Origin: a virus
Taxonomy: Duplodnaviria; Caudoviricetes
Direction: 5' to 3' (one strand)
DNA length: 26,134 bases
IMG/VR virus record: IMGVR_UViG_3300020464_000023
Coordinates: 1-26,134 of that record
The stretch's first letter is position 1. The number at the start of each line of letters is the position of its first letter. Positions 25,901-26,134 of the stretch are shown here, piece after piece. Below the pieces are notes generated by a model. The model made no database searches. It was not told where the DNA came from and saw only the letters and a list, made by a program, of their open reading frames with translations. The position numbers and the translations under genes were made by a program.

Positions 25901-26134
25901 TCAACAAATTTACTAACAGCAGGATCATTTAGCGGTGATGGATCTGCCTTGACTGGGATACAGGCAGGAGCAACAGGAGGAGGAAACGATGCTATCTTCC
26001 ATGAGAACGAACATACAGTTACAACAAACTACACAATTACTTCTGGTAAAAATGCTATATCAGCAGGTGATATATCAATCAACAATAATATTTCAGTTAC
26101 AGTCCCTGCAAACAGATCATGGGTAGTGCTTTAA
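22982..26134 (+). CDS. gp17: Tail fibre protein (T7 gp17-like N-terminal anchor)
   Basis: N-terminal F.FTFPYI....I.V, RR.S, DY.DGS.LTA.DL...LQ.LY..QE anchor domain; NVADP..AQDAVTK.Y motif; internal repeats; C-terminal GATGGG.DAIF.EN...VT.NYTI..G.NA.SAG module; stop TAA ends at the last base. Confidence 0.92.
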   Translation: MSYTASYIVNSSSAQGTTDFQFTFPYIKEEHIEVYLNYSKITQGSGSAQYQVITNVSPKLIRLNTGIASANLRVEVRRNSSLGTPLVDYADGSTLTANDLDTSSLQSLYIDQELKDNQSRTVVVDETTGLPELNNQRLTNVADPVAAQDAVTKAYLERSGSISSTQILDGTIVDADINASAAISGSKVQLASGSGPGALSTSDFVKLSNIETAATADQTNAEIRAAVEAASDSNVFTDADHTKLNAIEPSATADQTDAEIRTAVENATDSNVFTDDDHTKLNGIETAATADQTDAEIRTAVENATDSNVFTDADHSKLNGIETAATADQTASEIKTLLQSDKLTSSEIATGALDGRYYTETEVDANFYKLGSVGEIQSGETWSAADNKIATTAAIDARITDLVDDVGGFVPIANETSFPTANPDVNNGAGTLVSIKAFASSHTPSGGSVTIANGAGSGNTVTITGCGSTVLAAGFGGIVETTSTLHTYTFHRLSPKATEVTTVAGNITNINTVAGISGNVTTVAGISGNVTTVAGVSANVTTVAGVAANVTTVAGIASDVTAVANDATDIGAVAAKATEIGRLGTADAVADLNTLGTTAIVSDLDTCATNISNINTVGGSISNVNTVASNMSTVNDFADRYRVASSAPTSNNDEGDLYFDTTSDELRVYNGSSWQGGVTATGNLAGLGANTFTGAQTFIASQTFDGRDVSADGTKLDGIETAATADQTDAEIRTAVENANDSNVFTDADHTKLNGIETGATADQTATEIRAGVEAGDLSSLSVDGDVTFKGATSGKNIVWDKSDHRLEAANGAIVSFGDTNDLQIYHQGDGVGNAYIENSAGWLVAKGAQVSVVKTNNDYMARFESASVGLYSGGTERLQAHSTGVTITGTATATTFSGSGASLTSLNASNLSSGTIDAARVPTLNQDTTGHAGTIGTTATSANATYYPAFVENSSSTTGEIIRVDAGLSYNPSTNLLTAGSFSGDGSALTGIQAGATGGGNDAIFHENEHTVTTNYTITSGKNAISAGDISINNNISVTVPANRSWVVL
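23597..23986 (+). repeat. 111-nt (37-aa) tandem repeat, about 3.5 copies, in tail fibre
   Basis: KLNGIETAATADQTDAEIRTAVENATDSNVFTDADHT-type units start at 23597, 23708, 23819, 23930 (partial); a 29-nt identical stretch at 23765 and 23876. Confidence 0.95.
24479..24718 (+). repeat. 30-nt (10-aa) tandem repeat, about 8 copies, in tail fibre
   Basis: VTTVAGNITN / INTVAGISGN / VTTVAGISGN / VTTVAGVSAN / VTTVAGVAAN / VTTVAGIASD / VTAVANDATD / IGAVAAKATE; further degenerate copies near 24810-24885. Confidence 0.92.
25124..25303 (+). repeat. Dispersed 1.5 further copies of the 37-aa tail fibre repeat
   Basis: KLDGIETAATADQTDAEIRTAVENANDSNVFTDADHT at 25124, then KLNGIETGATADQTATEIRAGVE at 25235. Confidence 0.93.

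Larger units (their letters stand above)
1..26134 (+). mobile_element. Segment of a T7-like podovirus genome (probably marine cyanopodovirus-like)
   Basis: Collinear T7-type order gp4-gp6-(gp6.7/7.3-like)-gp8-9-10-11-12-13-14-15-16-17, all on one strand, tightly packed; no host genes or att site seen. Confidence 0.95.

Noticed and set aside
1-26134. tRNA, rRNA, integrase/att site, introns or inteins
   Set aside because: No intergenic gap is long enough except the capsid leader, which has no cloverleaf; no intein or homing endonuclease motifs recognised.

Overview
All credible genes are on the + strand and form the replication-to-morphogenesis arm of a T7-like podovirus (Autographiviridae-type). 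Gene content suggests a marine cyanopodovirus, but the host is an inference. Order: 5'-truncated primase-helicase, 5'-3' exonuclease, two hypothetical genes, small Met-Cys virion protein, portal, small overlapping ORF, scaffold, major capsid plus terminator, tail tubular A and B, gp13/14/15/16-like internal virion proteins, tail fibre. Points of note: (1) no DNA polymerase between helicase and exonuclease, and the helicase ends in a beta-clamp-motif-like QTTFF rather than an acidic tail; (2) an A10 run directly before the C-terminal lysozyme domain of gp15, with immediate stops in both shifted frames; (3) an HExxH metallopeptidase-like insert in a 2141-aa gp16; (4) a 477-aa protein with two DUF4214/S-layer-anchor-like repeats; (5) two related beta-rich domains inserted in the nozzle protein. 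All calls come from motif recognition and synteny; no searches were run.
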